A DNA stretch of 64,000 bases from Naegleria gruberi (lineage: Eukaryota), in NCBI GenBank assembly GCA_000004985.1, contig GG738848.1. One strand, 5' to 3'. This document shows, in pieces, positions 48,053 to 58,703 of the stretch. The position numbers and the translations under genes were made by a program. Every line of letters begins with the position of its first letter. Position 1 is the stretch's first letter. The notes under the pieces were generated by a model. That model did no database searches. It had not been told where the DNA came from and worked only from the letters and a program-made list of their open reading frames with translations.

Positions 48053-48423
48053 ATCATCATCTACTACTTTCAATGAACACAACAACATGACATTTGTTTT
48101 TGCCATCATGATGGTGATGACTTTTAAATAATATTGTTTGTGTAACGGCTAGTTTTTTAATTTTCTTCAATAACGTTCTTCAACAATACAAATGAATGCA
48201 TACGGAAGATTTAAATTCTCACTTTTTATTAAAATTACAATGTAATATATTTGTTGTTTTTGTTGTTGTTTTATACCTAGGGTCTATTCTCTCGCTCCAT
48301 TTGTAATATATTGAGAGAAAATTCAACTCTTCTCTCTCAAATATATTGAAAATAATAATAATACATAATAGTAGTAGTGGTAGCATATCATTATCATGCA
48401 ATATTTTCGATACGGATGATATT

Positions 48424-48963
48424 CTATTGAGAGGTAGTAGCAATAATACTTGTTCCATTGCTCAAATTGCTAAAGATTGGAATGTAAACAAGTGACAAGA
48501 CAAACAAGGCAACCATACAAATAGTAATGATAGAACCATTCAATACAAATGAAGCAAAGTTAAATCCAACACTGCCATTATTGTTTGATGATTGTTGTTG
48601 CTTCTTTTTCGAAGTGTTATTAGAATTACCTTCATTGCCAGTAGTAGATGAAGAAGAAGAAGTGAAAGAAGCCAAAACAATCCAAGCCAAACCAGTCAAG
48701 GCATGAAGTGCCAAACTTGCAAGATAATAAACCTTCAAATTCATGAGGAGTTTCCATTGAAAGAATTTGACGTGATTCAAACCGATTGTTCCCAGAAATG
48801 TGTGAACAAGTCCAAGGATGAAATGTTCTGAATAGAGTTCGTGGATAACTCTTGGATCATCGACTGCTGTTGCATATTTTGCTCGATCGAAACCTATCAG
48901 GAAGAAGGAAAGAAGAACACCTGAGGAGGCAAGGAGAAGGAGGTTAAGATCGAATTTTTGCAT
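48424..48963 (-). CDS. Hypothetical 4-TM membrane protein
   Basis: The first ATG is at 48963 (MQKFDLNLLLLASSGVLLSFFLIGF...). Four hydrophobic helices, with a Ser/Asn/Gln-rich loop. Confidence 0.5.
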   Translation of the reverse strand: MQKFDLNLLLLASSGVLLSFFLIGFDRAKYATAVDDPRVIHELYSEHFILGLVHTFLGTIGLNHVKFFQWKLLMNLKVYYLASLALHALTGLAWIVLASFTSSSSSTTGNEGNSNNTSKKKQQQSSNNNGSVGFNFASFVLNGSIITICMVALFVLSLVYIPIFSNLSNGTSIIATTSQ

Positions 48964-49318
48964 TTTTTTTAATGATGTGCTGCTTGTGTAAAACACGTCA
49001 GAAATCAACTTTTCCACATGTCAAACTTGTGTGAAGGCGGTTGAAATTTAGAAGTGAATTTCCTCAAGGTTGATTTTCAAAGAATAACAATTCCATAAAT
49101 ATGGGACTAAGGAACTCTTTTTTAGCGCATTTCCACCTTACTACAATTGTAATGCAAATGAAGTATCAGAATTGTAACATTTCCACATGTTTCATTTAAT
49201 GTTTTACAACAATTAGTCGGTCTCTCAACAAGGTGCGACCAATATGATAATTTGGCATGGTGACCATAATTTCCTAAGTACCTCAGTTGAGTTGACCCAT
49301 GTTGTAAATTGCAAAAGT

Positions 49319-50803
49319 TTACAGTTTGAAAATCTTATTGACATTTTCCCTTGTCTTGGTGAGATAGAAATCTGGATCTTTTGGACTATAGTCAAGGTAG
49401 GCAGATGCAATATTATCAAATTGGTCAGAGTTTGGATTATTAACGGTTATTGGGATGGCTGGCTCTATTTGGGTACCTTCATGCCATTCATTATAGGATG
49501 TTATGGTAATGTATTGAGGGAAATGCTTTAGATTGAGAACAGCATCAAACATTCTTTGATAATATTGACCATTCTCTCTTCCTTTGGTGTTTTGCTTGTT
49601 CCATGGTCTAATCTTTTCATCTATATAACCAGGTGCTATTGAGGGTATGAATAACAAGTTATTATTATGAGCCCATTCACTAATTTCCTGCCACTTTGAG
49701 CATGTAGACCCTTCTGTGAATTGATCTGCAGCGAAGTATGTATAAAACCCATCCATAAACGAATTCTTAATATTATCCCTCATTCCTGAATTTAAATATA
49801 GTCCAATAATTATAGAATCGTACTTTGTGTTTCTGATGGTGTCCTTTCCATTTGGTGATAGAATAGTTTTCCACTCTTCTGCTGATAAAATGTATGAATC
49901 ATACATATAAAATAATGGTTTTCCATTATGTCTAAAGAATGCCTTTGAATTTCCATACTTATCAATGACATATTTGATATCTCTCTTGACACTGGCAGCA
50001 TTTCTTCCTTTGTAAGGTTCCATATGGAAAATAACCTGCAATCCAGCTTCCTCAGCACATTCCATAAAGAATGGTGTTATCAATTCAGTATTGCTTCCAT
50101 TCTCATCAGCTTCTGAAACGCCCCACCAGCTCAATACTATAACATGCACATTGGCCTTATTTTTAATTTCCAAAAATTGTTCCATCACCACATCCTTATC
50201 AGTGGAAGAATATGCTCCTCTACTTGGATAGAAATTAGTTGCCAATTGTTTCAGTTTAGGATCATGTTCCTTTCCAACAAGATGTTTATATTGTTCATTT
50301 GTACTTGCAGTCCAGTGAGGTAAAACTTTGTGATTCCAATGTTCATACTTTTTATCATGTTTCTCATTCTTATACCATGCATAGTAAAAGATGTGAGCAA
50401 AGGGATGAAAATTATTTCCTCCACTATTTGATTGTGTTACATTGGATGGTAAAGTTTTATCGGATGATGAATTTTCTTCCAATTGATTATTATTATTGTC
50501 AATATTACTACGTCCTGAATTTAATTTCATATTATTATTGTTCTGATGATGATTATCCAAATTACTCGTTAATGATTCAATAATTTCCTTTGCAGAGTGA
50601 TGACGAAGAGAAACCAACGAATGTTGATACAATGAAAAGATTAAAAACAAGAGAAATCCAGCCAAGACTGTATACCACAGAAATCTTCTCTTACCAAAAA
50701 ACAAACTCGGAATGAATGTACTTCTTCCCTTGGATGATGATGAAGATGTTGTAGAATAAGAAGGGGCAATAGGAGAATCAAAGGCGACTTCTTCAATGCC
50801 CAT
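49319..50803 (-). CDS. Glycoprotein endo-alpha-1,2-mannosidase (GH99; MANEA-like), type II membrane protein
   Basis: The first ATG is at 50803 (MGIEEV...), followed by a signal anchor (FLWYTVLAGFLLFLIFSLY). Strong GH99 colinearity: FHPFAHIFYYAWYKN...HWNHKVLPHW...YPSRGAYSS...VLSWWG...FHMEPY...DKYGNSKAFFR...FIPSIAPGYID..IRPWN.QNT..R.NG.YY...ITITSYNEWHEGTQIE. Confidence 0.85.
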   Translation of the reverse strand: MGIEEVAFDSPIAPSYSTTSSSSSKGRSTFIPSLFFGKRRFLWYTVLAGFLLFLIFSLYQHSLVSLRHHSAKEIIESLTSNLDNHHQNNNNMKLNSGRSNIDNNNNQLEENSSSDKTLPSNVTQSNSGGNNFHPFAHIFYYAWYKNEKHDKKYEHWNHKVLPHWTASTNEQYKHLVGKEHDPKLKQLATNFYPSRGAYSSTDKDVVMEQFLEIKNKANVHVIVLSWWGVSEADENGSNTELITPFFMECAEEAGLQVIFHMEPYKGRNAASVKRDIKYVIDKYGNSKAFFRHNGKPLFYMYDSYILSAEEWKTILSPNGKDTIRNTKYDSIIIGLYLNSGMRDNIKNSFMDGFYTYFAADQFTEGSTCSKWQEISEWAHNNNLLFIPSIAPGYIDEKIRPWNKQNTKGRENGQYYQRMFDAVLNLKHFPQYITITSYNEWHEGTQIEPAIPITVNNPNSDQFDNIASAYLDYSPKDPDFYLTKTRENVNKIFKL

Positions 50804-51113
50804 AGAATTAAATTGTTGCAATTTTTTGATCTGATTTCAAGTCCTTCTCCTCCGAAGAAACACGTGTTCGTTGATAAAGAGTTGAATAATTCTTCTTGCA
50901 CGATAATGTGCCTATTCACTAGGGAAGAAGCAACATTTTCTTATTGAGAAAATTTGATGTTGAAAAGTGTGGCGCCTTAATTTTACTTCTTAAAAAAAAT
51001 ACAAATTCTTCATCATACCACTCGTTCTTAAGAGTTACTCCCGAGAGCAGTTGCTGTTGTTTTTAAAGATTTGATCAACAAATTTTGTACTTTAAATTGT
51101 ATAATAGAGAGAA

Positions 51114-51845
51114 ATGAATATGCAACCGGGTGTTCCTTTTCCTAATAACAATTATAATGCTATGAGGCCTCAATCATCTGGAAATGTTCAACCAAACACT
51201 TTTAATTATCATCCAAACATGATGAATACTCCTTTAAATTTACAGAATAATCAGGTTCTCCCAGAATCGATAACGTATCAATTAATGGAAATGATAAATT
51301 CAGCAATATTCCAACTTCAACAACAATCCCAGAGTCCTCAATTCATAATGCCATCTCCATCAGTGCAGAATCCACCTGTTCCACAACCATCAAATGTACA
51401 CACATCACTAAATGATGCTTCAATAGCCCTCACTGAAGATGTGGAATATCTCTATCAAGAGTTTGAGAAAATTCAAAAACAACATGCAAAACAAAAGGAA
51501 GTCAACAAATCTGTGGAATTTATTGTTAGGGAGAAGTATCAAACACACAAAAAGGAGGAAAGAGAAAAGAAATTGAAAAAGGAGATTGCACAGAAATATC
51601 AGAATCCATCGAATAGGCAACATAGTGCTGCAATTAAAATACAAAGGTGGTTCAGACAAGAATTATCGAAAAAGAAGGATAAGAAAATAACTACTTTAAA
51701 ACGAGAAGTCGACATGTTGAAATACCAGGTTCAAAGATTACAAATAGATCAAAAAACAACGTTACAATTGGTTAGATTGCTATTTGAGCAGGTGCAATTA
51801 CTTACAAGAGAAGTTAGGGAGAGGGATAGTAGCGAAGATCAGTAA
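51114..51845 (+). CDS. IQ-motif coiled-coil protein
   Basis: ATG at 51114. Pro/Gln/Asn-rich N-terminus, IQ motif AAIKIQRWFRQELSKKK, then a heptad-repeat coiled coil. Confidence 0.55.
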   Translation: MNMQPGVPFPNNNYNAMRPQSSGNVQPNTFNYHPNMMNTPLNLQNNQVLPESITYQLMEMINSAIFQLQQQSQSPQFIMPSPSVQNPPVPQPSNVHTSLNDASIALTEDVEYLYQEFEKIQKQHAKQKEVNKSVEFIVREKYQTHKKEEREKKLKKEIAQKYQNPSNRQHSAAIKIQRWFRQELSKKKDKKITTLKREVDMLKYQVQRLQIDQKTTLQLVRLLFEQVQLLTREVRERDSSEDQ

Positions 51846-52041
51846 CTTTGGAAGGATTTTTGAAAAGTTAACTTAACATTTCTAATTAACTTGAAATAAA
51901 TCTCTTCCACATGGAATTGGTAGATTTCCACTTGTGTATAAGCAGGTAACTGACAACCAGATCATTTACTTTCATTGTTTTTTGAGATTCTCATATGACC
52001 AAACCAGTTGACCAAAAAACATGGACTGTTGACCAAAAAAA

Positions 52042-53856
52042 ATGTCAAGACAACTAGTTGAACTTCCCACCGATATTCTTTCCAATATTTTTGTATTTCT
52101 CTGTGATGATCAAGGTGAAAATAATTTAAATTCCATATTTGCACTCCTCCGAACATGTAAAACATTTCGATATGTGATAAGGAATGATAATTATCAATTG
52201 TGGGGATTTTTCACGTTCAATTTTCCGTTTTTCAATAGAAAAATTGTGGATGGAAGATGGATGAGAAAAGTCAGTGATGAGCCACTTGAAGAGGTTAGCT
52301 TGATGATTTATGAAAAGTTTATGAAATTTGTAGAGTTGCTTTGTGGAGATTCGAAAATGGTTGGACGATTGGATGTCACATTGTTTGGCAAGGAAGATTG
52401 TGGATGGTTGGTGAGGAGTATTGAGAGGGATTTTGTAAATTTAAAAACGTTAACAGTGAAAACGAATATCGAAAAAATTATTCAACATGATTTGAGATTT
52501 CCATATTTGCAAGAATTGATATTGCAATGTCGGTGGCCATTGTTAATTTCAAATCATGAATCAACTTTGAGAAGAATAGAAATTTATTATAGTGAAAGTA
52601 TTTCTAGATTGTGTGAAATTTGCAATTTTCCTAAATTACAATCAATTAAGGCTCCTTGTCGTAATCGATTGAAATCAGGAGATTGTGATCCAATTCTTGA
52701 AAAATTGGAATACTACACTGCAAGTTCCATAGATCTGCTTCCTAAACTTGTAGCAGCCAAGAAATTCTCCATTTCTTGTGATTGCCTCATTCTGAAACAA
52801 AATGAACTGATCAAAAACTTGACAATATTGAATATTGAATGTGAAGTAACGGAACTATGTAATATTAATTTTCAAAATTTGAAATATTTTAGCTTCATTG
52901 TGAAGAAGTTTTCAATTGAAAATGTTAAATTTCCAAAATTAACTAATCTTGATGTAAAATTGGATGACTATGAGAAATTATTTGAAATTATACCGTGTCA
53001 TCAGATTTGTGACCTTTCATTTGATGGAAATTCAGCCAAGGTCATTCATCTCAAAGAAGATAAGTGGAAGTCATTGAGGAATATTCAACTTATGTATGTT
53101 CTAGATGGCAGCTCAATTGAGTTTAGTAGCTTGCATTTTGTAACCACAAGTGGAAGTAACGTTATATTTAGAGGTACTAAGAAATCACCTCTCCTCATTG
53201 ACGCTCTATTTGTAACTTCAATTGATGAAATAATTATTGAAGAGAAGGGAGAGTTACTACAAGTTAATTATTTAGTATTAGACTATTCCTATCATTTATA
53301 CACATTGAGAGACAAAATTTCAAAGATTGACGATCTATATATTAGCTATGGGTATTATTACACGGTTAACTCGGACTTCATGGCCATAGACATGATTAGC
53401 ATGTATTCACTCTGTCCTGATATTCGTACAGGCGGAAAGAAATTGAGAAATATGAATATTGAACTGTCTTGCAATTTCACAATTTCACTACATGGATTGC
53501 ACATCCCATATGAACCTACCTATCCTCTGTTGTCGACCCTTACACTGTTGGAGCTCACTGGATGCCTTATTGAGGAATTGGATTTATCTTTATTACCAAA
53601 ACTAGAAAATTTTTCTATTAGCGATTCCACTTTAAATAATTTTATAATAGCAAAATCAGAGAATTGTCATGAATCTCTAAAATATTGCTACATTTACAAG
53701 TTGAATAATATAAGAATCAAATTGCATTTAAACGCTCCTAATTTAAAGGTGTTTATAGTTTGTGATTGTGCGAATTTGAATTCTGATAATTGTGAAATTG
53801 AGTTGGTAAACTCTCCATGTTTAAGCCTGTCCTGTTTACCCAAATTTCTTCTTTAG
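52042..53856 (+). CDS. F-box / LRR protein
   Basis: ATG at 52042. F-box LPTDILSNIFVFLCDD...LLRTCKTFRYVI, followed by LRR-like units through the C-terminus. Confidence 0.7.
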   Translation: MSRQLVELPTDILSNIFVFLCDDQGENNLNSIFALLRTCKTFRYVIRNDNYQLWGFFTFNFPFFNRKIVDGRWMRKVSDEPLEEVSLMIYEKFMKFVELLCGDSKMVGRLDVTLFGKEDCGWLVRSIERDFVNLKTLTVKTNIEKIIQHDLRFPYLQELILQCRWPLLISNHESTLRRIEIYYSESISRLCEICNFPKLQSIKAPCRNRLKSGDCDPILEKLEYYTASSIDLLPKLVAAKKFSISCDCLILKQNELIKNLTILNIECEVTELCNINFQNLKYFSFIVKKFSIENVKFPKLTNLDVKLDDYEKLFEIIPCHQICDLSFDGNSAKVIHLKEDKWKSLRNIQLMYVLDGSSIEFSSLHFVTTSGSNVIFRGTKKSPLLIDALFVTSIDEIIIEEKGELLQVNYLVLDYSYHLYTLRDKISKIDDLYISYGYYYTVNSDFMAIDMISMYSLCPDIRTGGKKLRNMNIELSCNFTISLHGLHIPYEPTYPLLSTLTLLELTGCLIEELDLSLLPKLENFSISDSTLNNFIIAKSENCHESLKYCYIYKLNNIRIKLHLNAPNLKVFIVCDCANLNSDNCEIELVNSPCLSLSCLPKFLL

Positions 53857-53913
53857 AGTGAAGAATTTATTTACCTTAATTCAAAACCACATTCCTTAGC
53901 ACCTTAACAAGAA

Positions 53914-53984
53914 GCGTCGATGGTTTAGTGGTAGAATACGGCGTTGCCATCGCCGTGACCCGGGTTCAATTCCCGGTCGACGCA
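53914..53984 (+). tRNA. tRNA-Gly (GCC)
   Basis: Acceptor GCGTCGA/TCGACGC. Anticodon stem CGGCG/CGCCG, loop TTGCCAT. T-arm CCGGG TTCAATT CCCGG. A TTTCTTTTT terminator lies downstream. Confidence 0.85.
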
Positions 53985-54214
53985 GCAATTTCTTTTTGAT
54001 TTCATAGTCTTACATTTTCTATTTATCCACTTTTTACCACTGAAACTAGAAATTCATTACTGTCTGTGGTCCAAAAATCACGACTCCAAACACAATACCT
54101 ATCAAGAACGAGCCCACAGTTTTAACTCATTTTTTTTAATTTTTTATTTTTAAAATTCTCCAAATTTATTCTATTACAAAATTTTAAAGAGTTTGGACAA
54201 ACAAAATAATAATT

Positions 54215-55708
54215 TTAATAAAATGTGAAAACTTCAATCTTTTTAACTTCAAAATCAGTTAATTGATCATCAGGTATATTAAATGCACCGTTGTTCATAG
54301 TGGCATACAGATTGTTGGTCGTTGGATTTCTCAATACTGATATTCCACCCAAATCAATAACTTCATCAGCATTTTGCGAATACAGTTTGTGAGGACAAGA
54401 TATTGGATTTTTGATGGTATGTATTTGAAATTCATCAAACAAAATGTCAAATATAAAGTCATACTTGTAATGTTGAGGAGTTCCCTTAGACTTTACGTAG
54501 GCACAAAGAAGAGCTCCATATTTTTTCTCATCGTTTGTTTGAATAATCACAAGTGTTGGATTTTGAGTAAAGAAATAAATGAGAGATTTAGGTGTGGTTA
54601 GAGGAGAAGTTATTGAGCACCCCAAATTCCAAGTACCCGTCTTTAAGAAGGGCATATTCTTCTTGGCAATAAATGATCCCAACACTAATTGTTCCTCTGG
54701 TTCTAAAATAGTACAAAAATCAATAAATAATCCAGGGAGTTGAGAATAGATGGATTGAAGTGAAAGAACGTTGGCTATTTCAGCAAGTCCAAATTTAAAT
54801 GATGCTGGTTTGGATAGAATAGAGCTTGGAACTATTCCAGTATTGATAAAATCCACAATTGGTTTGACATATTCCTCAGGAACTGCATCGAAAATTACTG
54901 GTATTCCTCTCTTATTAACCTTAACTGTAAAGCCCTCTGATGGATCAGCAACTTGTGAGAAGAGTGCAGATCCAGATTCTTTCATTTTTTCAATATTCAA
55001 TGTAACTAGCTTGGAACCTAGCATGCATTGCATATCCTCATCATGCATCTCATTTGATACTTGATGCATTGGAGTATTATCATTACTGCTTGATGCATTG
55101 GCAACAGTTCTAGATGAGGAAGCTGCTTCTTTTTGAGCTCGTCTTGTGGCTTGTTTTTCCAAGGTTGCTTGCTGTTGTTTTTGTAATTTAAGTTTAGCTT
55201 TTTCTTGATTGGTGAGCTTTCTTTCAGGTTGAGAACTCGTTTCATTTGAGATTGGTTCAGATGACACACTTGTCGAGTCACTGTCTGCCACATTTGTAGA
55301 GTTTCCTCCTTCGATCATCACATGATCTGAAACTTCATCCATCATGCTTGTTAATCTTTCATTAGGTTTCGCCTTCTTTTGTTTGTTTCCTTGAAGATTT
55401 GCACTCTTACGAGAACCTTTTGATACAACAGAAACCTTCTCAAAATTATGATTATCCAAATCCACATCCACAATCAATAATTCCAATCCGAAATATTCAG
55501 CAACACATTTCAATCCCAATTTTGAATGATTCATATCGGAAATGTATTTTCCATAAACAATCCAATATGATAATACCTGTAAAACATCTTTGGAACAATT
55601 TATAAAGTATTCATCTCTTTCCAGGGCATTCCAAAAATCTGGATGAGAGTCTGTCTTCCTTCTGATGGTTAATTCACCATCAAAACATTTGATCAAGTGG
55701 AGAGACAT
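54215..55708 (-). CDS. TLDc-domain protein with an N-terminal BTB/T1-like region
   Basis: The first ATG is at 55708 (MSLHLIKCFDGELTIRRK...). The C-terminus is TLDc-like (GTWNLGCSITSPLTTPKSLIYFFTQNPTLVIIQTNDEKKYGALLCAYV). The central region is Ser/Gln-rich low complexity. Confidence 0.55.
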   Translation of the reverse strand: MSLHLIKCFDGELTIRRKTDSHPDFWNALERDEYFINCSKDVLQVLSYWIVYGKYISDMNHSKLGLKCVAEYFGLELLIVDVDLDNHNFEKVSVVSKGSRKSANLQGNKQKKAKPNERLTSMMDEVSDHVMIEGGNSTNVADSDSTSVSSEPISNETSSQPERKLTNQEKAKLKLQKQQQATLEKQATRRAQKEAASSSRTVANASSSNDNTPMHQVSNEMHDEDMQCMLGSKLVTLNIEKMKESGSALFSQVADPSEGFTVKVNKRGIPVIFDAVPEEYVKPIVDFINTGIVPSSILSKPASFKFGLAEIANVLSLQSIYSQLPGLFIDFCTILEPEEQLVLGSFIAKKNMPFLKTGTWNLGCSITSPLTTPKSLIYFFTQNPTLVIIQTNDEKKYGALLCAYVKSKGTPQHYKYDFIFDILFDEFQIHTIKNPISCPHKLYSQNADEVIDLGGISVLRNPTTNNLYATMNNGAFNIPDDQLTDFEVKKIEVFTFY

Positions 55709-55868
55709 TTTTTTTAATGAGATTGATTGTAAATTTGTTGCCGTAATCCATAAATAAAGAATTGAATCATATGCAAGGTTCACCAGGAAACATAGGTGCA
55801 ACCATCTAAAATATCTGGTTGCAGAAATATTAAGGTAATATTGAGAATATTTTCATTCTGAATAAGAT

Positions 55869-55940
55869 TCCCGTGTAGTCCAATGGCTAGGATACCTGGC
55901 TTTCACCCAGGAGGTCCGGGTTCAATTCCCGGCATGGGAG
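55869..55940 (+). tRNA. tRNA-Glu (TTC)
   Basis: Acceptor TCCCGTG/CATGGGA. D-arm GTCC..AATGGCTA..GGAT. Anticodon stem CCTGG/CCAGG, loop CTTTCAC. T-arm CCGGG TTCAATT CCCGG. A TTTTGTTTT run lies downstream. Confidence 0.85.
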
Positions 55941-56052
55941 AATAGTTTTGTTTTAATTTTCAATATCAGGAAAAGATAAAATGGTTTTTTTATTGGATTG
56001 TTCAACAACATTCACTAAGCCACATAAATTTCAACAAAATGACCAGGTCAAA

Positions 56053-56172
56053 AAGACTACAGCACCACAGGTTCCCAAGTTGTCTCCAACCTCAGTACTG
56101 ATGTGGCTCTACGATGCTTAACTTCTCAAATCGGACGGGATGAGGTGCATTCATAGTGATATGGCCGTAGCC
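56053..56172 (-). rRNA. 5S ribosomal RNA, copy 2
   Basis: It is about 97% identical to copy 1, with 3 substitutions inside the RNA. The 5' end is GGCTACGGCCATAT and the 3' end is GTGCTGTAGTCTTTTT. It lies 113 bp from tRNA-Glu on the opposite strand. Confidence 0.85.
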
Positions 56173-57512
56173 ATCCACTATCTTATAGTTATGATTAATA
56201 AGCGATTTCTTTTACAGTAACGTTGGAGGTACTCACATAAAGTCAATTCATTTGAAAATAAATCAACAATTTCAATTTTCCTTACAAACTTTTCAATTTA
56301 TTCTACTGCAACTTGGTTGTGAGTACGAACCACTTGTAAATTATTCAAAGCGAGTTTAATGAAAATTGTTTGTTATCAAGGAACAGACACACAACAATCC
56401 CAATATGAGATTCATTTCCACCAATGTCACATAATGAACCTCAACAATATGCACTCATCAGAACATATCTCTAATAAACAAGTTGACTGTGAACAACAAC
56501 ATGACCTCACTCAATTATAATTTAATTAAAAAAGCAAAATTCTACTCAATTTGAAAGAAATACAAAAGAACTAATAGATGAAGAGATTCTTTGAAGAATC
56601 TTTGAAATGTAGATTGTAGATAAAGAGGTGACCTGATGGAGGTTTGCTTTCTATTCTCAGAAGACATACTCAAATATCATAATTGGGATGCAGAACTCTT
56701 ATAGGAAGTATGATAATCTTCATAGTAATCGTTCCTGAGAAGTGTTCTTCATCAATTCTTTCATTCAAAATTTTAGCATTATCTCGTCTATCAAAAGAAA
56801 TGTTAGATCCTAAATAATGCCAGACATTTGACACTGTTAAATATTTTGTAAAGTATTTTTAGAATTGATAACAAAGACGGGTGATACAACTTTCAAATTA
56901 CAATTTTATTTCCAATTATCATTGCCTACAACCCTTCCTTTTCCACTCCATTTTACTTTTTCCAATAAATACTCAACAACCTGACCATGAATCACTACCA
57001 CTCAAAAACACAAACATAAAAAAAAGCCAAAGCCTTTTGTGCAGCAGCGCCGATAGGAAACACCACACTGAGAATCTTAATAGACATCAACGAGTATCAT
57101 CTCCACCTTGTTATTGTTCATCTCTTGCCAGACAACCATCATCAGCCACTCACCCTTTATTAATTAATTTGATTATTATCCATTTCAGATCAAGGACAAC
57201 CATTGAGTGGAGAACAAATACATCAGCAACAGCACAACACAAATATTGTTCATTGCAGCATTGAGAACTTTGCTTTCATCTAAATTTAAAAACAAATAAC
57301 TGAAAAGCAATAACTGAAAGAGAATCCAGTATTCATCATCAACAACAATACACCAGTGAACACGACGATAGTAGTAGTTAGAAAACAAACTCATTGAAAA
57401 AACAAAACTCATTCTCTTCAATATTAGTAGTATTAATTATAGTAGTATCAAACTCTTCTTGGCCATCTCAAACATTATATTCAATCCAATCAAATAGTAA
57501 CACTTCAACAAC

Positions 57513-57890
57513 ATGTCTAGTAATATTACCATGCATCCACTCCTCAATGATATGTCCAGATCAAGATCAAGATCCTCACCTGCTACAATGATTGGAAATA
57601 GACAATCTCTCTCAAATATTGATAGCACAACAGCCACAACTCCATTCTCCTATCATAAGGATCTTCAAAAGACACCTTCCGTACTCTCTGATTTGATTCA
57701 AAACCAAACCGTTGATGGTAAGAAGGAATTGGATTTTCCAACTCTCTTCTTAATGAAGAAGATGAAACAAAAGGTTGAACAAGTTGGTTTGTCTCCAAGA
57801 AATAGAAGCCAAAGTTTAATCACCATGATGAAACATTCAGGCCAACCAATGCTCTCCTCTGGTGGTAGTAATGAAGATCATTCTCGATAA
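57513..57890 (+). CDS. Hypothetical small Ser/Arg-rich protein (125 aa)
   Basis: ATG at 57513 and an isolated ORF. Contains an RSRSRSSP tract. No family recognised, and it could be non-coding. Confidence 0.3.
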   Translation: MSSNITMHPLLNDMSRSRSRSSPATMIGNRQSLSNIDSTTATTPFSYHKDLQKTPSVLSDLIQNQTVDGKKELDFPTLFLMKKMKQKVEQVGLSPRNRSQSLITMMKHSGQPMLSSGGSNEDHSR

Positions 57891-58703
57891 ATGTACTACA
57901 CAATTTATCAGATTTTCAAGAGTGTTTTGATAGGATATTGAGAATCTGGATAGTGTCTCTCTATCCTTTCAAAATGACTGCACACACCAATTATAACATT
58001 TAATACCGAGTCAATACATACGAGCAACAAACCTTCTAACCTGTTAATAGGGCACAAACATATTCGATGCCTTTTGTACATTAGCTGAATCTTTCGATTC
58101 TTGTATTATTATTTCTCAAATCTTCTAACTGTGTAAAATAAACGTAATATCAAACCGGTTTAGGGACTTTTGTAATTGAATCATTCCAATATAAGACACT
58201 TTAACGAAAATTGAGTCAACCTCCACCACTTATTCACCACTCAATTTTCGAGATAGGCTAATTTTAAAAATGCACGAGGCTGTTATCCTTTCTGGAACTG
58301 CTCTATTTAAAGAATAGTACCACTCCTATTTGTTATGGAAAAATCAATCCATATTGCTCCATCCAGGGTATATTGTCATTGTATCCGCATTGGACCACTT
58401 CACTTCTCATTAGCAACGTAATAATTGAATGATTTGGAGATTTCAATGAATCGTATATTCACATCTACATGATTTATTCAAAAATCTCCAAATCATTCAA
58501 TTTCCTTGTTCGATTCATTTCAACCAAAGTTGAACACATCTCTCAAGAATCTTTTAAGATTTTTGCTTGAATTCCTTATTGCTTATTTTCTTCCTTAAAC
58601 AAGTCGTTGAGAAGTGTTTGGCGCTTTGTCCATAAGCACTTTTTTAGCAACCGGTCCGATCCTACAAGCGCGAAATGATTAACACGACAAGAAGAATAAA
58701 AAA

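Noticed and set aside
56881-57264. 127-aa ORF 56881..57264 and the surrounding 56.2-57.5 kb region as a gene
   Set aside because: There is no start ATG context and no domain similarity, and the composition is like the intergenic sequence. The minus-strand reading gives only about 50 codons before stops, so I treat it as intergenic or UTR.
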